Positions 43,910 through 46,749 of a DNA stretch of 46,749 nt are shown piece by piece (positions within the stretch are counted from its first letter, which is position 1; every line of letters begins with the position of its first letter). Under the pieces are notes generated by a model. It worked only from the letters and a program-made list of their open reading frames with translations, was not told the origin of the DNA and ran no database searches. The DNA is from a virus (lineage: Duplodnaviria > Caudoviricetes): positions 1 to 46,749 of the IMG/VR virus record IMGVR_UViG_3300010362_000031, one strand, 5' to 3'. The translations under genes and the position numbers were made by a program.

Positions 43910-44477
43910 CGCGCGCCTCCTCAAGGATCAGCCGGTGCCGGCGGTGCAGGCAGCCGCTCATTGTCATGACATGGACGTCGCCATGCTCGCGGCAGCGGGT
44001 GGCGGCCTCGCGGAACCGGGTCGGGCCGCTCAGCATCTCAAGCACGACGGCGTTGCCGATCCGCGCCTGGACAATGAGCGGCTCGGACGGCAGGGAGGCC
44101 GCCAGGGCCTCGGTCTTGCTCTCGACATAGCCGAGGATGCGGCTGAGCTGCTCCTCGGTCGGCTCGGCCTGCAGCAGCTCGATGTCGCGCCGGCTGGCGA
44201 TCAGGATGCCGGCGAAGAAGCGGCCGATCAGGAGGCCGTGCTCGCCCAGCTCGGGCAGCCCGGTGCCGTGCGAGACCCATAGGGCCGTCTTGGGGTGCTC
44301 GGGATTGACGAGGGCTGCGTATTGCGCGGCGATGTCGCAGAGCGGCTCGCGGTCGGTCGCGGTCAGCGGCGTGCAGCGCGCCGCCAGTCGCGAAAATTGA
44401 GGTCGGTCTTGAGGAGGGGCATGCGACGCAAGAACTGCGGCTGCAGCGAGGGCTTCAAGACCCATTCCTCCCCCCAC
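43848..44477 (-). CDS. Hypothetical protein
   Basis: Long ORF with GC-rich third positions; start uncertain. Confidence 0.5.
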   Translation of the reverse strand: MGGGMGLEALAAAAVLASHAPPQDRPQFSRLAARCTPLTATDREPLCDIAAQYAALVNPEHPKTALWVSHGTGLPELGEHGLLIGRFFAGILIASRRDIELLQAEPTEEQLSRILGYVESKTEALAASLPSEPLIVQARIGNAVVLEMLSGPTRFREAATRCREHGDVHVMTMSGCLHRRHRLILEEARDAKRLQGRPGRDQAEARIPR

Positions 44478-44689
44478 TGGTTGCCGCCCCAGCGCTCGTA
44501 GACGCTGCGGGCGTCGTGGACGGCCATCTTCTCGGCCATGGCCTCGTGCATCGCCTGCGGCGTGACCTTGCCCCAGTAGCGCCGGCCCCAGTCGATCATC
44601 AGGACCGGGATCAGCCCGTCATCCTGCGGCAGCTCGCGCAGCCGGCGCTTGATCGCCCTGGCGCTCTTGCGCCGGCTGAGGCCTCTCAC
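44363..44689 (-). CDS. Hypothetical protein
   Basis: In the minus-strand gene chain. Confidence 0.4.
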   Translation of the reverse strand: MRGLSRRKSARAIKRRLRELPQDDGLIPVLMIDWGRRYWGKVTPQAMHEAMAEKMAVHDARSVYERWGGNQWGEEWVLKPSLQPQFLRRMPLLKTDLNFRDWRRAARR

Positions 44690-44920
44690 CTATTCGCCGG
44701 TCTCGACAAAACGCCAGTAGGTGCGGGCGCGCTCGATCACCTCGGCGAGCGGCGGCGGCTGCGCGCCGTCAGGCACGACCAGGGCCATCGAGAGGCAATT
44801 GAGGCGCATGCTCATCCGCTCGTAGTCGCGAGCGCGCTGCTGCTGGGCCAGCGCGTTGTTGTCGGTGGTGTCGGCCTGGGCCTCGGCCCACGGGTCGCGG
44901 GGCTGTCTTTCGTCGCTCAT
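44690..44920 (-). CDS. Hypothetical protein
   Basis: GAGG RBS; RLNCLSMA...VIERARTYWRFV. Confidence 0.6.
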   Translation of the reverse strand: MSDERQPRDPWAEAQADTTDNNALAQQQRARDYERMSMRLNCLSMALVVPDGAQPPPLAEVIERARTYWRFVETGE

Positions 44921-45255
44921 GGTGTCCTCTTCTGCCAGATCTCGATGTCGGGCGCGCTGCCTCCGCAGTCGAGGCATTCGACGCCGATGGAGCTGCGCGG
45001 GTCGGCCCGGCCGCCGCAGAACGGGCAACGGGCCAATTTGATGATGCCGCCGTAGTCGCTGGTGTGGCCGAGGTAGAGCGCGGCGATCAGATCCTTCTTG
45101 CTCGGCGCGTCGATGCTGGCTGGCGGCAGCCAGTTGTTGTTCTTGGTCACCGTGTAGCCGCGCCGCTCCAGGTAGTCGTAGGCCTGCTCGGGGTCGGCGA
45201 AATAGCTCTCGCCCTCGGGCGGCGGCGGTGGACCGGAGGGGCGGCGCGTCGGCAT
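44917..45255 (-). CDS. Protein with Lar-like (restriction alleviation) zinc ribbon
   Basis: C-terminal LARCPFCGG...VECLDCG...WQKR. Confidence 0.55.
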   Translation of the reverse strand: MPTRRPSGPPPPPEGESYFADPEQAYDYLERRGYTVTKNNNWLPPASIDAPSKKDLIAALYLGHTSDYGGIIKLARCPFCGGRADPRSSIGVECLDCGGSAPDIEIWQKRTP

Positions 45256-45545
45256 TACCAGCTCAGCCGGTCGATGCGCCGCTTTACCTCCTCGTCGCCC
45301 AGCCAGAGCCAGCCGGCGTCGCCAAAGGCGTGGACGGCAAAGGCCGCCTTGGCATGGTTGAGCGCGTCCAGGTAGCTCCAGCCCATCGTGCAGCGGCGCT
45401 CCAGCGCCACATTCTTGCAGGCCGGCCAGAGGATCTGCAGGTCGATCCGCCGGGTGATCGCGTACCAGCCGGCGAGCGGCAGGCTGACGAGCTGGCCGGC
45501 GCGCTTGACCATCCAGCGGGCGAAGGCGGCGAAGAACGCCGTCAC
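45255..45545 (-). CDS. Hypothetical protein
   Basis: RRIDLQILWPACK...AKAAFAVHA...W; coupled. Confidence 0.55.
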   Translation of the reverse strand: MTAFFAAFARWMVKRAGQLVSLPLAGWYAITRRIDLQILWPACKNVALERRCTMGWSYLDALNHAKAAFAVHAFGDAGWLWLGDEEVKRRIDRLSW

Positions 45546-45946
45546 GCCTCGCCCCTCTCGCGCACCGCGCGCATCGAGATCCGCGCCGAGGCGCGCCTGC
45601 GGTCGCAGTACACGCACTGGCCGGGCGGCGCGTAAAACCGGGCGGGCTTCCTTACGTAATCGGCGATCTCGGTCGGCTCGCCCGCGCTGTCGGTGTCGTC
45701 GTGCCAGCGGCGCTTGACCGCCGGGTAGTTGTCGAGCGCGTCCTTGATCGGGCGCTTTGGCCCCGGTGCGGTTCCATCGTCGCCGGATGGCAGGTTCACC
45801 GGGGCCGTCGCCTCGGGCGCGCTTGGGGGAACGCGTCCAAGCTTCTTCACCCGCTGCTGCTCGGCGACCTGCTGGGCCGGCGTCCCGCCCGTGCAGCGGT
45901 GGTTATGTTCGCGCATGCCGCAGATGCGGCATTTCGGCGGGGTCAT
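45542..45946 (-). CDS. Cys-motif hypothetical protein
   Basis: CRICG..EH..C and CVYC motifs; coupled. Confidence 0.55.
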   Translation of the reverse strand: MTPPKCRICGMREHNHRCTGGTPAQQVAEQQRVKKLGRVPPSAPEATAPVNLPSGDDGTAPGPKRPIKDALDNYPAVKRRWHDDTDSAGEPTEIADYVRKPARFYAPPGQCVYCDRRRASARISMRAVRERGEA

Positions 45947-46110
45947 TCGAGCGGCTCCGTCGCGAGCCACAGATCCTCGTAGAGCAGCTCCTCGCAGTGC
46001 CGCTTGATCCAGCCGCAGTAGAGCCAGGAGAGGTGCTCCTCGCTCATCACCGCATGGTGCATCGCGAGCTGCGCGCCGCGCCGGATCTTGTCGAGATCCG
46101 GCGGGGTCAT
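45943..46110 (-). CDS. Small hypothetical protein
   Basis: ATGA coupling on both sides. Confidence 0.5.
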   Translation of the reverse strand: MTPPDLDKIRRGAQLAMHHAVMSEEHLSWLYCGWIKRHCEELLYEDLWLATEPLE

Positions 46111-46475
46111 GCCGCCACCGCGTAGTTGGGCGGGCGCGGGATCTCGGCGTTCGTCGGTCGCCACAGGTGAAGGCAGTACGGGTGGTGGTTCTTGTGCTCG
46201 GCGTCGGGCACGTGGAGCTGCATGACGGTCTCGTCCGGCCCCCAGAAGAGGCTTTTGACGTAGCTCATCTCGGCCCAGGTCGGGCAGCGGTCGGCGAGGC
46301 TGACCGAGACATGCTCCCACGGCACCTCCTCGTCGCCCTCACTCGCCAGCATGCGCAATTGGCCGGTCGCCTTGGGGATGATGAACGCGCCAAAGCGGTC
46401 GCCCTTGTCGGTCGCCCACGGGTCGCTCTGCGCGACGACCCGCCACTTCTCCAGGTGGCTCCAGTCGGCCCTCAT
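46107..46475 (-). CDS. Conserved phage protein (DUF7694-like)
   Basis: WEHVSVS..RCPTWAEM..VK.LFW...VMQLH..H.N.HPYCLHLWRP. Confidence 0.7.
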   Translation of the reverse strand: MRADWSHLEKWRVVAQSDPWATDKGDRFGAFIIPKATGQLRMLASEGDEEVPWEHVSVSLADRCPTWAEMSYVKSLFWGPDETVMQLHVPDAEHKNHHPYCLHLWRPTNAEIPRPPNYAVAA

Positions 46476-46749
46476 GCCGAGCCGCCGCAGTCGAGGAGCT
46501 GCTCGTTGCGGATGTCGCGCTCGATCTCCTCCAGGCAGGCGTTGCAGACAAAGGTCACGTCCACCAGCTCGCCGCTCTCCATGCGGCTCTCGCACAGGTC
46601 GCCCGGCACGTTGAGGCAGCCGCAATACTCACAGGTCTCGGCGCGACCACAGCGGCGCTCCTTGGGCATATCGCGGTCGCGCAGGTCGGGCCAGAAGTCG
46701 GTGACCATCATGCCGGCTGCTCGCGCGGCGGCCAGACGACGCCCTTCCC
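46444..46749. repeat. Right copy of imperfect terminal repeat
   Basis: Aligns to 1-336. Confidence 0.95.
46472..46711 (-). CDS. Small Cys-rich phage protein, allele B
   Basis: 79-aa homologue of 29-298 with an almost identical C-terminal half. Confidence 0.75.
   Translation of the reverse strand: MMVTDFWPDLRDRDMPKERRCGRAETCEYCGCLNVPGDLCESRMESGELVDVTFVCNACLEEIERDIRNEQLLDCGGSA

Noticed and set aside
1-46749. tRNA, rRNA or IS elements
   Set aside because: None recognised by eye; tRNAscan/Infernal were not run, so small RNAs could be missed.

Overview
The window looks like a near-complete, circularly permuted genome of a high-GC temperate podovirus-like phage, probably infecting an alphaproteobacterium (inferred from gene families). 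Its two ends carry two alleles of the same locus (1-336 and 46444-46749). Recognisable modules are: terminase small subunit, Q/DUF6456-like late regulator, HTH replication initiator with internal iterons, HNH, VRR-NUC, a cro/cI switch, an early recombination operon (ERF, YqaJ exonuclease, DUF1367/NinB-like, xis, tyrosine integrase, candidate attP), ejection proteins, tail nozzle and adaptor, two S74-chaperone tail fibres, capsid, scaffold, portal and terminase large subunit. The outstanding element lies inside the recombination operon. It consists of a solo Cas7/RAMP-like gene (12721-13419), a translationally coupled partner gene (13416-13850) and a ~480-nt non-coding array (13862-14343). The array has 9 units of 49-59 nt, each built of 9-11 GG(C/T)NN-type pentamers and closed by a GGCA-type tetramer. 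No CRISPR repeats or other cas genes are present. The variable NN dinucleotides, read antisense, have the composition of codon positions 1-2 of protein genes. This suggests a candidate RNA-guided system with a gapped, wobble-skipping code, possibly aimed at rival phages. All annotation is by eye from motifs; no searches were run.
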